A stretch of 64,000 nucleotides of DNA from Eledone cirrhosa (GCA_964016885.1 OZ024742.1:85746001-85810000), one strand, 5' to 3'; shown: positions 25,754 through 39,859, counted from the stretch's first letter. The notes: generated from the sequence alone by a model not told the origin. Made by a program: numbers and translations.

Positions 25754-27078
25754 TGAAGAAGGATACAAGTATTTGGGTATTCTGGAGGCTGATGCCATCA
25801 AAACAAAAAAGTGAAGGAATTGATAAGATCTAAATACATTGGGAGAGTAAGGAGCGTATTAAAGTCACATCTGAACAGTAGGAAGGCCATAAGTGCAGTA
25901 AATTCCCGAGCTGTGTCTATTATTTGGTACAGTGCGGGAATTCTGAGATGGAATGTTGCTGAACAAAAAGAAATGGATAGGAAGACTAGGAAGCTATTGA
26001 CTATCTACAACATGTTCCACAAGAGGAGTGATGTCGATAGACTCTACTTAAGGAGATCTGAAGGTGGAAGAGGTCTTATCAGCATAGGGGACTGTGTTCA
26101 GATGGAGAAAAACAACCTACACAAATACGTGACAGAGAGTAAGGAGCCAATGCTCAGAATTGTACTGAAGGAGAGGACAATAGACCAGTGATATCCAAGG
26201 AGGAAATAACGACAAGGAGTAAGAGCAGCCTTCATGAAAAATTCCTTCATAGTACCTTCTTTGAGAAAACTGAATTCAGAGATCCACAGACATGGAACTG
26301 GTTGAAAAGAGGAGACCTTAAAAAGACTACAGAAGGAATGTTAATGGCTGCGCAAGAGCAGGCCCTCAAAACGAAGTGGTTGAAACACCATATTTACAAG
26401 GAGGAGGCTAGCCCACTGTGCAGGATCTGTGGAGAGAGAGAGGAAACTGTGGTTCACATTGTATCCGAGTGTAAACACCTAGCCCAGACTCACTATAAGG
26501 GCTGGAGACATGATGTGATGGGCAGGGTGATCCACTGGCACCTATACAAAGTAAACAATTTACCACATTCTGAGAAGTGGTATGAGCATAAGCCAGAGTA
26601 GGTGATAGAAAACGATCAGGTGAAGGTGCTGTGGGATTTTAGGATACAGACGGACAAGAACCTGGAAAATAATAGACCTGACCTAGTGGTTTTGGACAAA
26701 GAAATAAGATCGTGCCTGATTGTGGATGTGGCCTGCCCATTCGACACGAGAGTGCAAGAGAAGGAGAGGGAGAAAATTAACCGATACCAGGACTTAAAGT
26801 GGGAGGTAAAAAGGATTTGGAACTGCCATGAAGTCAAAGTGATCCCGATTGTCATAGGCGCACTAGGTACTATCTCAAAATGTTTCCAGGGATTGTTAAA
26901 GAAAATTGGCCCCTTCACGCTTTTTGGAACGCTTCAAAAGGCATGCTTGTTGGGAACAGCAAGAACCCTCCGATACGTCCTGAATTTCTGAGGCTGCAGG
27001 TAGTGGCTTGATATTCATTTCAACAAAATTTACAGTTAACTAACATCAATGACTGAGACTCAAAGAACAATAATAATA
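25754..27078 (+). mobile_element. 5'-truncated R4/Dong-like non-LTR retrotransposon (RT end, CCHC knuckle, restriction-like endonuclease)
   Basis: YKYLGILE, DVDRLYLRRSEGGRGL, CRICGEREETVVHIVSEC, RPDLVVLDK...DVACPFDTRVQEKEREKINRYQDL and IPIVIGALG. Ends in a (TAA)n tail. Confidence 0.92.
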
Positions 27079-27849
27079 TTAATAATAAATATTCAATTTT
27101 GTATTATAAATTTTATATTCAAAAAAGAAAATGGTTATAAATGGAAAAAAAAAACCCTCTGTCTACACTATATGGAACAGCCAAATAACAGCAATTTCAC
27201 CAACACGACAAACTAGATACACCACCTGTACCATCACCCCTCTGTGTACACTAAATACAACAGCCAGATAACGGCAATTTCACCACCACCACCACAAATC
27301 CCAGCATAATAATAATAATTACTATTATTGTATCTCAAGTTTTCTCAAAATGTTTAATTCAAATATTAAGAAAAATATGTCAACACATATATTAAACATA
27401 CGCGACAAACCGCATAGATACACAGATCAAACAAATACAGTCTATTCAACAAAACTCAGCAACGACAACGCCATCACTATACACACCGCCGCCACCCCTC
27501 CATCATTGCTACCACTATCCCATTACCGCCGCCACCACTCCTTCATTGCTACCACCACTATTACCTCACTACCTTCTATTAACATAAGAAAGCGGAAGGT
27601 GGCGGTATCACTGGACAGGTAGAGGCTAGCAAAATATATAAATATACTGACTTAATGACCCGGTCAAACGTCAACGACTGTGGCTCTTTTGGCTCCAAAT
27701 TTCTCCACCAGCAATAGAGAAAGCCCCAGCACCACCACCGACATAGCCAACAACAATAACAGGCAACTTCAACAAAAAGTATATTATATTATTAATAATA
27801 ATTTCATTCTTAAGCCACCAATGCTCACATTAAGGAACCACTCATGATA

Positions 27850-30800
27850 ATAACAATTTAAAAAACAACAAAAAAAGAAAACCCCGTGACCAAGAAATAC
27901 CGGGATGGCGGCCGGCGGGGAATAGCCGTGTCTCTAGGGGAGGTTCACCCATCTAGTCTTGTTTGATACTCGTCCTAGAAGTGGTAACACGAAAGGATGA
28001 CCCCTTGGCGGTTAAGGATAAAACGCGACGAAATAAATAAATGTCAAAAGATAAAATCTCATACCGGATTGGCCGTCACCCGGGTCAAAAAGGGCTGCGT
28101 TCCTAAGAGAAGAACCAGACTGGGGTCGAAAAATCAGCTAAGGGTTCAAAACTTCCCATCACTTTGGAGCTGCAGACCTCCCATAACCGGAATACTCCTA
28201 CTGTTGGCCCTCCATGTTCACCGCCAAGAAATCCAAGGAAAAAGCGAGAAAAATGGTCAAGGGAAGACAATAAAGAAGTCCGTGAGGCTTTCTACACTGC
28301 CATGTACTACCCATCAAATAGATCGAATACAGAACAGGCATATATCAACTGGAAAAAGAAACATCCCGAAAATAGAAGCTATATTGACAGTAACAAACTA
28401 GCCAATACACGAAGAAATAGTGTTAAAAAAAGTTACTAACTGATATAGAAATTAATCAGATCAAGCTATTAGCGTAAAGTCAGCGAGGGGAAAATGAAAC
28501 ATGTGTCAGTGAAAACGAGGTAAATTGTAACACTTCAAATCCCAGGGTTGGGGCGGAATCACTGACAGCAGAACAATTTAAAGAAAGGATCGAAAAAGTG
28601 GAGGGAGTGCATGCTCAAGATGAAACTCAAAATGAAAACAATGAGATCGTAAATGATAAAGAAATCAATGAGAATGAACTTGCCAACTTGAAGGATGAAT
28701 TTATGATCGAATGGATGAAACTGAAAGGATCTGACATGGGGGAACGAGACACTCTCCCAGAACTTCAAACAGAACCAAAAGATAATAAACACGACGAACA
28801 TAATTCTCAAAAAACATTATCATCACAAACAAACTAAATATTACTAATATAAATCATCTCTATTATGCATCGGCTAAAGTCACCACTCACTTATGCGGAG
28901 GGAAAATGAAAAAACAAAGGAATTCCCACAAAAAATCTACTTGGCAAGAGAACATCAATCGCCAAATAAACCTTGTCCGATCTGACATAGAAATATTAAC
29001 AAACTATATACTAGGTGAACGTGTTAAACACACTAAACTTGGGAAATTGAAAAGAAAATACAGTATAAAATCAACAAGTGACATAGATATGCTGATAGAA
29101 ATAATCAAGCAACAAGTTTCGGCCAAAGCTGCACGTATAAGCCGCTTTGAAAAACGATCTAGATTCTATAAGGACAATAATATGTTCAAAAACAACCAAA
29201 GAAACTTCTACAGAAAAATTGGCAAGTCAACAATAACTATAAATCAATACCACCAAAGGAGGAAATGCAAGAATACTGGGAAAAGATCTAGTCCGAAGAA
29301 AAAGTTGAATATAAACATGCCCCATGGATAGATAGACAAATGAAAGATACAGCTCACCTTGAGGAACAAACACGGAGAAATATCACAGTTGAACAGTTGC
29401 GTTTGGCTCTTAGAAAAACCAGCAAATGGAAATCCCCAGGAAAAGACAAAATACCAAATTATTAGATAAATGCCTTCACAGAGTCACATGAGCTGTTAGC
29501 CCAACTCTACAATGAAATAGTTAAAGAGCCAGAAAATATACCATCATGGCTAGTTAACGGCATTACATTCCTATTTCCAAAGAATAAGACAAAGAATCCC
29601 AAAAATTACAGACCGATAACTTGCTTGACCACAATGTATAACATTTTAACATCAGTCCTAACTGAGTATACATATGGCCACCTGATAACAAATGATCTAT
29701 TTTCCAATGAGCAGAAAGAGTGTAAACAAGGCTCATATGGCTGTAAGGATCAGCTTTTGGTTAACAAAATGATACTGGAAGATTGTCATAATAGACATAA
29801 AAATATATTAATTGCTTGGATAGATTACAAAAAAATCATTCGATAGTTTGCCACACAGTTGGATTGAAAAATGTTTAGAGATTTTCAAAATATCTAACGT
29901 TGTCAGGAGGTTTTTGTCATTCAGTATGAAGACATGGAAAACGACACTCCTTTTGAATAGTGAAAAAAACCACTAGAAGCTGGAGAAGTTAATATTAATT
30001 GTGGAATTTTTCAGGATGACTCTTTATCACCGCTTTTATTCGGAATCGCTCCATTACCATTAAGTGAAATGCTCAATGAAAACATGGATATGAAGTCTAT
30101 GACAAAACCATTAATCACTTGTTCTACATGGATGACCTAAAACTATTTGCAAAAAATGAGAGCACTTGCAAGGGCTATTAACCGCAGTGATGGTATTAAA
30201 ATGGAATTTGGACTAGATAAATGCGCCAAAGCCACGTTCAACAGAGGAAAGCTCTGAGAAGTTCAGACATTAATCTTGATCGGGGGAATGTGATAAGAGA
30301 ACTTGATCGAGAAGAAACTTACAAATATCTAGGTGTTTGTGAACGAGATGGAATCAAGCACACGACAATGTGGGAAAGGATAAGGAAATAATGTTACCGC
30401 AGAGTAAGAGCAATCTTAAGAGCGGAATTTAATGCAAGGAATAGAATCGATGCCATAAACACGCTTGCCATACCAGTAGTAACCTACAGTTACAATGTCA
30501 TCAACTGGTCAAGCACAGAGATCCGTAGGCTGGAAACATAAATTAGAAAATTCTTAACCATGCACAGAATACATCACCCTAAGGCAGATTCAGATAGAAT
30601 AGATATCCCTAGGAAAGGAGGAAGACGTGGATTAATCCAGTTAGATATTGCGTTGAAAACTGCAACAATTGGATTATCTACATATCTAAGGGAATCACAT
30701 GATTGGATGATCAAACTCGTTTTGAAACATCAAAAGCATCAACTGATCATAATCCATTACAGAAGATACACAACGATACAGTAATGAACTACACATTTCA

Positions 30801-31830
30801 GAAGTTCCATTTACTGCTGAAATGAAAAACACTGAAAAAGCAAAGCAGGCAAAAGTAACTGCAATGTAAGAACTGCAACAGAAACTGGCTAAGAAATGGC
30901 AAGACATAACTCTGTATGGAAAATACCCAGAAAGAGCTAACAACCTGATGTTGACAAAACTTTAACACATCAGTGGTTGGCATCCTCTGGACTGAAATCG
31001 GAGACCGAAGGACTGATTATATGAGCATAGGATCAGTGTCTGCCAACAAAAAAATATCAACCCAACATGAAAAAATGGATGCAACCCATTATGCCGGGTA
31101 TGCAAAAAACAACCAGAGACCATTGATCATATAATTTCAATGTGCAGTTCTATAGCTCCAACCGATTACTTAAACATGCACGACAGAGCTGCACAATACA
31201 TACATTGGATAATGTGTAAGCAGTTTGACCTGCCGCATCAAAAGAATTGGTTGGAGCATCAACCACCTCCCATACTTGAAAAAAGATCACATCTCAATCT
31301 TGTGGAACTTTATCGTCCCAAAAGACCGAAAAATAGATGCAAATAGACCTGGTATAATACTGAAGGACTTTAAAAGGAGGGTATGCCTGCTAATTGATAT
31401 GTCGGTTCCAATAGACAAGAATGTGTCTATAAAAAACATTTGAAAAATTGAGCAAATATAAGGATCTGGAGATAGAAATTGGAAAAATGTCGAGGTTGAG
31501 AACTAAAACAATACCAGTGGTTGCGGGCACTTTAGGAATGATACCTAATGGGTCTAATGATTACTTATCCCAAATCCAAGGAAACACACGTATAGAAGAA
31601 ATTCAATAGATAGTACTAATGGGAACTGCCCATATACTAAGGAAGATTCTGTCAATATAAGTAAATCACAAGTTTAAACACCTAAAGATGCATTTGTGTG
31701 TATGTATGTTTTTTTCTTGAACATGGCGGATATTTTTGTCTCTTGAGGGCACTGGTTGAGACTTGGTGATAACTCGTATGAACATAAAGCAAGATATATG
31801 CAACTATATTAATAATAATAATAACAACAA
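27850..31830 (+). mobile_element. Near full-length decayed R4/Dong-like non-LTR retrotransposon (second family)
   Basis: N-terminal KWSREDNKEVREAFY, KSPGKDKI, PKNYRPITCL, GCKDQLLVNK, AWIDYKK, FYMDDLKLF, YKYLG, a CCHC region, RPGIILKD (decayed PD) and a (TAA)n tail. Confidence 0.9.
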
Positions 31831-31931
31831 CAAGATGCTGATGATGATGGTGGTTGATTCTGCTTTTGTCACGGGCCCGGCAATTATCCCAGTTTGTTGC
31901 TGGGACTCTGTTTTATCAACTCCGTACGGTA

Positions 31932-32120
31932 ATCATAATTGTTTCTAATTTTAGTACAAGGCCAGAAAATATCCCAGTGCATTACTGGCACTTTATTTTA
32001 TCGACCACCTAAGGATGAAAGGCAAAGTTAACCTCGGCGGGATTTGAACTTAGAACGAAAAGGGTGATAACTCTATGCTGTAAAGTACGGTGTCTGACGC
32101 TCTACCGATACAGCCAATTA
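31932..32120 (-). mobile_element. tRNA-derived SINE
   Basis: Same family as 59941-60129. Confidence 0.8.
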
Positions 32121-32289
32121 ACAGTAAAGTAATAAAAATGACTTATAAACAGGATTCACATTAGGAACACATTAAAAACAGCCCCAAAATAATGATAGAT
32201 GAATGTCACATTTTTTTAATTCATTTATTTATATATTTATTTATTTATTTATTTATTTATTATTATTTTTTTTTTCGTTTACAGCGTGA

Positions 32290-35200
32290 TAATGTCACGC
32301 CCAAAATACCGGTGTTGATGTAACCATAGATTTACTAATCCTCGATATGAGTGTTTAAATGTCGAACCTAAACAATTCGAATAACGGTGAAAAGAAGACA
32401 GGAAGGTCATGTGACAGCAGAGACCTGGCTGTCATCCAAATACTGCTGATTTTGAGGAAGAAGAAGGAATGGGACAAGAACCAATTGGACGAAAGAATTG
32501 AATAGAACTGTCATGAAATGTTACCTGAAGAGAAACCCCACGGGAAAAGGCTATAGCAAACGGATGCATAACATCTGGAACGAGATTGGTCTATTTAAAT
32601 TAGGTGAACAAAAATTGCCCGGTCAGGCTCATGTAATAAGAACTAATGGACGGATAATGGAGTTGGAACTGGAGGAATTGAGCAGAGATATTAAGTTGTA
32701 AATGGAGAGTGGAGCATATAAGGCAAATGAGCAAGTGGGAAATGAAGGTGAAGAAGTTGAGCGACCTGAGGAAGCAACCGAAGCAGGCATTGATCTGAAT
32801 GCTGAAATAAATAACATCTGGAACAAAGATGCGGCCATTGAGGAAATGAATGCTGACGGCCTAGGGCAAGATTTGGTTGATATTCTGAACTTAGTGGTAG
32901 GTGAAATGAACAATGTTAGTGGAAAGCCTATGAACCTAAGATTTGTAGACAGGAAAAAGTTGAAAGAAACAAAAGCTAAGGTAAACAAGGTCATCCCATG
33001 CCTTGAGGCGAAGAACCTTCACCATGCAACAATATCCTCAAAGCAACCCCAAAATTGGTGAAAATATTACTTGGCATGAAAACGAGAGGAAACAAATAAC
33101 AAGAAAGATCAGAAGCTTGGTGTAAGAAACCACTTAATGGTCAAATGAAGGAATGAGACATTGGAAAACATCGACACTAATGATAGATTGAAAATAAAAT
33201 ACAATACTAAGGGAAAAGAGTTAAATGTTATCATAGAGGAATTGAGGCAACGTATTGTAGCAAAAAGTGCAAAGTCTAGGCGGTATGAGAACAGAGTCAG
33301 TATAGACAGAACCACATGTTTGACAACAACCAGAAGAAGTTGTTTGAATATCTTGAAGGGACAGAAAAAGGCAACGGCGTGATCCCTGAGGCTGAACAGA
33401 CTAAGGCATTCTGGAGAGGAATATGGGAGCAGGATGTTGAACATAATAATCACGCAGTCTGGATTGAGACAGTTCAAAAGGAGATTAGTGATCAAGCGCA
33501 CCAACAACCTGATTTGAGTACCACAGTTGAAACTCTTGAAGGGCAGGCCAAAACAAAACCAACTGAAAATCACCAGGCCCAGACTGTGTAATGGTATTGG
33601 ATTAAGAATATAACATCCTTCCACCCAAAACTGACAACCGTGTCCAATGATTGCGTGATGTCAGGTGTAGTACCAGAGTGGTTGACAAAAGGTACCACAG
33701 TTATGGTCATGAAAGACCGAATAAAGTTTAATGATGTTACCAACTATAGGCCTATCACATGTCTGTCCGTAATGTGGAAACTGTTGAAAAGCATTGTGTC
33801 TGTCGAAATCTAGTATCACCTCCATATAAACAACATGTTACCGGACGAACAGAGATGATGCCCAAAGAATTCCCGTGGTAAAAAAGACCAGTTACTTATT
33901 GAAAGAAGTATGAAGTCCTGGGAAACAGAATTAACATCAGGTGGAGAAACCATGGGAGGCGTGAAGATCAAGAGATGTAACTTTCAGGTAGATAGTTTGC
34001 CCCCTCTGTTGTTTGTCCTTGCCCTGAAACCCCTGTCCTTCATATTGCGAAAAGTGAGAGCAGGATACAAGCTGGGAAGAAGAGAGCTTACCATCAGCCA
34101 CCTCCTCTTCATAGACGATCTTAAACTCTTTGGGAAGAGTGAGAAGGCGTTGGATGTACTTGTTGACACTGTCCGTATTTTCAGCAATCGAATTTGGTGT
34201 TAATAATTGTGGAGTCCTAGTGATGAAAAGGGGTGAATTGAGCAGAAGCAACGGAATCCAGGTACCAACAGGTGAGATGAGAAAGGAAATTGATACTGAA
34301 GAGTGATACAAATATTTAGGTGTTGTGGAGGTGGATGACATCAATAATAAAAAATGAAGGAATTGATAAGATCTGAATACACAAGGTGGGTAAGGAACAT
34401 ACTAAAATCACATCTAAATTGAAGGAATGTCATAAGTGCCGTGAATTCCCGAGCAGTGTCTATTATTAGGTACTGTGCGGGAATTCTGAAATGGAATGTT
34501 TCTGAACAAAAAGAAATGGATACGAAGACTAAGAAGCTAATGACTATCTACAGCATGTTTCACAAGAGGAATGATGTTGATAGACTCTACGTAGGAGATC
34601 TGAAGGTGGAAGAGGAATTATCAGCATAGAGGACCCTCTTCAGTTGGAGACTGTCTGTCTAACAGTAGGGAGCCAAATTTCAAAGCTGTATTGAAGTAGA
34701 AGACAATAGACCAGGGGATGTCCAAGGAGGTAATAATAGCAAAGAGGAAGAGCAACCTTCATGAAAAATCCCTTCATAGCACCTCCTTTAAGAAAACTGA
34801 ATTTAGAGATCCACAGATATGGAACTGGTTAAAAAGAGGAGACGTTTAAAAAGCTACAGAAGGGATGCTAATGGCTGCGCAAGAGTAATCCTTAAGATCG
34901 AAGTGGGTGAAACCCCATATTGACAAGGAGGAGGCTAGCTCACTGTGTAAGATCTGTGGAGAGAGAGAGGTGACTGTGACTCACATTGTATCCGAGTGTA
35001 AACACCTAACCCAGACTCACTATAAATGCTGAAGACATGATATGATAGGCAGAGTCATCCTCTAGCATCTATGCAAACCAAACAATTTACCACATTCTGA
35101 GTACTGGTATGAGCATTCCCAGAGTCGGTGATAGAAAATGATCAGGTGAGGGTGCTATGGCATTTTAGGGTACAGACGGACAAGAAATTAGAACACAATA

Positions 35201-35600
35201 GGCCTGATCTGGTTGTTTTGGACAAAGAAAAAAGATCCTGATTGTAGATATAGCCTACCCATTTGACACTAGAGTGCAAGAAAAGGAGAGGGAGAAAATT
35301 AAACGGTACCAGGACTTAAAGTGGGAGTTAAAAACGATTTGGAACTGCCATGAGATCAAGGTCGTCCCGATTGTCATAGGCGCACTAGGTACTATCTCAA
35401 AGAGTTTCCAAGGATGGTTAAAAAAAATTAATCCAGCTCGATTTTTTGGAACACTTCAAAAGGCATGCTTGCTGGGAACAGCAAGTACCATGCGATACGT
35501 CCTGACTGTATGAGGCTGCAGGTAGTGGCTTGATATTCATTTCAACAAACATTCCAGATAAATAACATGAATGAGTAAGACACAAGAACAATAATAATAA
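32290..35600 (+). mobile_element. Decayed R4/Dong-like retrotransposon, same family as 25754-27078, with an internal RT deletion near 33905
   Basis: VMKCYLKRNPTGKGY, NYRPITCLS, KDQLLI jumping straight to MKSWET, SHLLFIDDLKLF, RPDLVVLDK and KIKRYQDLKWEL. The 3' UTR matches 26990-27075. Confidence 0.9.
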
Positions 35601-35611
35601 TTGTTTCTACA

Positions 35612-35785
35612 ATAATAATAATTGTTTTGGCACAAGGCCACCAATTATGTTTTATTTTATCGACTCCGAAAGGATGAACAGCAAAGTTAACCACGGCGGT
35701 ATTTGATCTCAGACCGTATAGGCTCGTAACTGTATGCTTGTAATCATGGCATCCGATCCTCTACGGATATTGCCAACTCACCTAG
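35612..35785 (-). mobile_element. tRNA-derived SINE
   Basis: Same family. Its tail abuts the R4/Dong 3' end. Confidence 0.75.
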
Positions 35786-35964
35786 TATAGATGTGTTGCC
35801 AAATATTCAATTATTTTATTCAAGTGTAACGCGTATTTCGTGACTGATCATCTCAAGTTTGATCTCTATCGATCTGGCCTGACTCTGAAATAAAATGTTC
35901 ATGACACTTCTGTTAGCTTAATGCTGCTTAGGACAACACTAAATTAATGTTACAATCCCTAGCT

Positions 35965-36029
<65 letters not shown>

Positions 36030-36281
36030 TGTAAATGAAGTAAGTCCACCGGAAAGGCACAGGAGAAAAGAGTGCTCTATGTAGGCTGCAGAGCTTATTA
36101 GTTATGTAATAAATAACATAAGATAACTATTTCATTTACTAGTGGTCTCTTGAAAGCAGATGCTAGATATATATAAAAAACATGGTCATTTTATTAAATA
36201 TGGATTTGAAAACAAAATTTAAGAAATATGAAAGTGAGGCTGAGAAAAAAACGGGCGAAGAAGAAGGGAAAAAAGAATATA

Positions 36282-36334
<53 letters not shown>

Positions 36335-36401
36335 AAAGAGATGAAATCGAAAATGCAATTGGAGTCTTATTTTTTTTTAAAATATATATATTTATTTGGT
36401 T

Positions 36402-36439
36402 CCTTTACCGGTTTCGCAGTTCTTCTGCTTTTCAAAAGG
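36402..36439 (-). ncRNA. Minimal type I hammerhead (U3-A8 core variant), left arm
   Basis: Reverse complement of 36485-36522. Confidence 0.7.
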
Positions 36440-36484
36440 TGAGTTGAGATGGAGGGTCTACCACCGACCCTCCATCTCAACTCA

Positions 36485-36522
36485 CCTTTTGAAAAGCAGA
36501 AGAACTGCGAAACCGGTAAAGG
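36485..36522 (+). ncRNA. Minimal type I hammerhead (U3-A8 core variant), right arm
   Basis: cctt TTGAAAA gcag-aagaa-ctgc GAAA ccgg TA aagg, then AATAAA at 36528. Confidence 0.7.
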
Positions 36523-36653
36523 AACCAAATAAATATATGTATTTTAAAAAAAAATAAGACTCCAATTGCATTTTCGATTTCATCTCTTTTTCTTTATACT
36601 TTCACTCGTGTAGGACACCTCGGTTATTTTTCATTTTGTAAAAAAAACCTCAC

Positions 36654-36691
<38 letters not shown>

Positions 36692-36936
36692 AATAAATAT
36701 CCATAACATAAACATACACACACTCAACCACGCGCATATACTTACAGACATGGACATAGACACATACACATACATATACATGAAGTAATATAAATAAATA
36801 AATGAATAAGAACAAAAAATACAAAGTCAAAAACGAAATAAAGACAAATGGATACGTGTTGACAACGTAAGAGAGGGAGAAAAAAGAGAAACAACTTAAA
36901 CATAAACAAATAAACGAGATCTACATATACATAAAT

Positions 36937-37880
36937 ACCAGAAGCCTGACATTATTTATGAACTAAAACCTGATGAGAAAGAGGCTTCCTAGTTCAATCA
37001 TCATACCAGAAGCCTGACATTATATATGTAAGCGGACGGTACTTGATTAAGAGACGCAGAAACCCATATACTGGATGTTACCAACCTTCCAGGTGTCCGG
37101 GTATATTTTCAATATCCCAATTACTTGATCGTTTTTTTGGCTATGCGAATGATTGTTTAACCATCGTCTCAGTGTGTTTGGCTTTAACGTTTGTTATAGC
37201 TCTGGTTCATCTGAATCATTGAGCACTTGCCGCACATCTCGGAGGTTGTTTTTCGTTATTTCGTGGGCCGAAATGCGAATCTCGATAATATATGTTTGTA
37301 TTAATCTCCAGACTCTAGCTAGTGACCAGTTAATTTTCTGGATGTTTTAGTTGATTCTATTGACTGATGAATAGTTTATGTTAATTGTAACCCTTCTGTT
37401 GAGAACTCTATTCGATTTGTGATGTTTTTGCATTCTTGCAAAAATATACACAACTGAATTCATTCGCCTGATACAGGGTTTGCCTCCCTTGCCGATCCCC
37501 ACGTGGGGTCAGCGAAAGACAGTCCTTGTATTAACATTGAACTAAAACCTGTTGAGAAAGTGGCTTCCTTGTTCAATCATCTTACCAGAAGCCTGACATT
37601 ATTTATGTAAGTGGACGATAATTGACTTAGGAGCCGCAGAAGCCCATATACTGGATGTTACCAACCTTCCAGGGGTCCGGGTAAATTTTCAATACCCGAA
37701 TTACTTGATCGTTTTTTTTGGCTATGCGAATGATTGTTTAACCATCGTCTAAGTGTGTTTGGCCTTTAACGTTTGTTATAGGTCTGGTTCATCTGAATCA
37801 TTGAGCACTTGCAGCACATCTCGGAGGTTGTTTTTCGTTATTTCGTGGGTCGAAATGCTAATTTCGATAATTTATGTTTG
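36937..37880 (-). mobile_element. Tandemly duplicated repeat (about 580-bp period) with a probable PLE remnant
   Basis: 36960-37295 is repeated at 37539-37880. The minus strand near 37330-37435 reads HHKSNRVLNRRVTININYSSVN, similar to the PLE linker motif H..FNR.T+K+SYS. Another copy lies at 63572-63750 (+). Confidence 0.55.
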
Positions 37881-38674
37881 TTTATACATAAATATATATA
37901 TATTTATGAAAATATATATATACATATATATATATATACACATACATACATACACACGCGCACACACATAAGCATGCATACATACTCATACACATGTATA
38001 AAAACACATACACATATGTATGTGTATATATATATATAACTATATATACATATACCCACACGCATATAAATATATATATATACACACGCACACATATATA
38101 TATACATATATACACATATACACAAAAATATAAAATAAACATGCGTACACATCCACATACACATGCGTGCAAAAATACATATACACATACACATACACAT
38201 GCATACACACATATATATATAACCATGCATACAACCAAATATACACACACATCCACATACATACACATATAACACTAAAATAAAGAGCATTAGTTCATAA
38301 CCTACGTACATACGTATACAAAGTGCGTGCGCGCACACGCACGTAATAGGAAAGCAACATACAAAAGCATACCATATATGCTTTTGTATATATGGGTTTT
38401 TTTGTGTGTATGGTTTTGCATGCGTGTGTTGATTTCTTATTACGTGTGTGCGCGCACACACTTGTATACGTGTGTGCGTAGGTTATGAACCAATGCTCTT
38501 TATTGTATGGTTTTATGTGTATGTATGTGGATGTGTGTGTATATTTGGTTTTATGCTTGTTTATACATACGTGTGTATGTGAATGTGTATATGTATTTTT
38601 GCACGCATTTGTATGTGGATGTGTACGCATGTTTATTTTATATTTTTGTGTATATGTGTATATAGTTATATATA

Positions 38675-38705
<31 letters not shown>

Positions 38706-39440
38706 GTGTATATATATATATTTATTAAAATAACAGATTAAAGTTTAAGCAAAGTGTATTTATATATGTGTATATATATATACACATGCATATGTGTATG
38801 GGTTTTTGTACGTGTGTATGAGTATGTATGCATGTTTATGTGTGTGCGCGTGTGTATGTATGTATGTGTATATATATATATGTATGTATATATATTTTCA
38901 TAAATATATATATATTTATGTATACGTAGATCTCGTTTATTTGTTTATTTTTAAGTTGTTTCTATTTTTTCTCCCCCTCTCACATTGTCAACACGTATCC
39001 TTTTGTCTTTATTTCGTTTTTGAATTTGTATTTTTTGTTCTTATTCATAAATTTATTTATTCGTATTACTTCATGTATATGTATGTGTATGTATCTATGT
39101 CCCTGTCTGTAGACGCATATATGCTTATGTGAAAATGTATACGTCTACGTACTTTTTAAGTATATGCGCGTGGTTGAGTGTGCGTATATTTATGTTCTGG
39201 ATATGTATTGTGTATATATATATATTGTTTTTTTATATATTCCTTTACCCCCTCTTCTTCTTCGCCCTTTTTTTTTCTCAGCCTCACTTTCATATTTCTT
39301 AAATTTTGTTTTCAAATCCATATTTAAAAAAAACAGCATGTTTTTTATTGGTTCTGACTAATGAAAACAGATCTAGCATCTGCTTTCAAGTAACCACTGG
39401 TAAATGAAATAATTATCTTATGTTGTTTATTACATAACAT

Positions 39441-39849
<409 letters not shown>

Positions 39850-39859
39850 CCCCTGGAAC

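Larger units (their letters stand above)
36331..36593. repeat. Near-perfect 128-bp inverted repeat with a 7-nt spacer
   Basis: Arms 36331-36458 and 36466-36593. Confidence 0.95.
36101..39438. repeat. Large interrupted foldback (nested inverted repeats centred near 38390)
   Basis: 36101-36284 pairs with 39233-39438, 36690-36935 with 38915-39210, and 37885-38350 with 38430-38915. Confidence 0.8.

Noticed and set aside
36966-37020. CTGATGAGAAAG...aggcttc/gaagcct as a hammerhead
   Set aside because: No correctly placed GAAA-stem III-UH after stem II.
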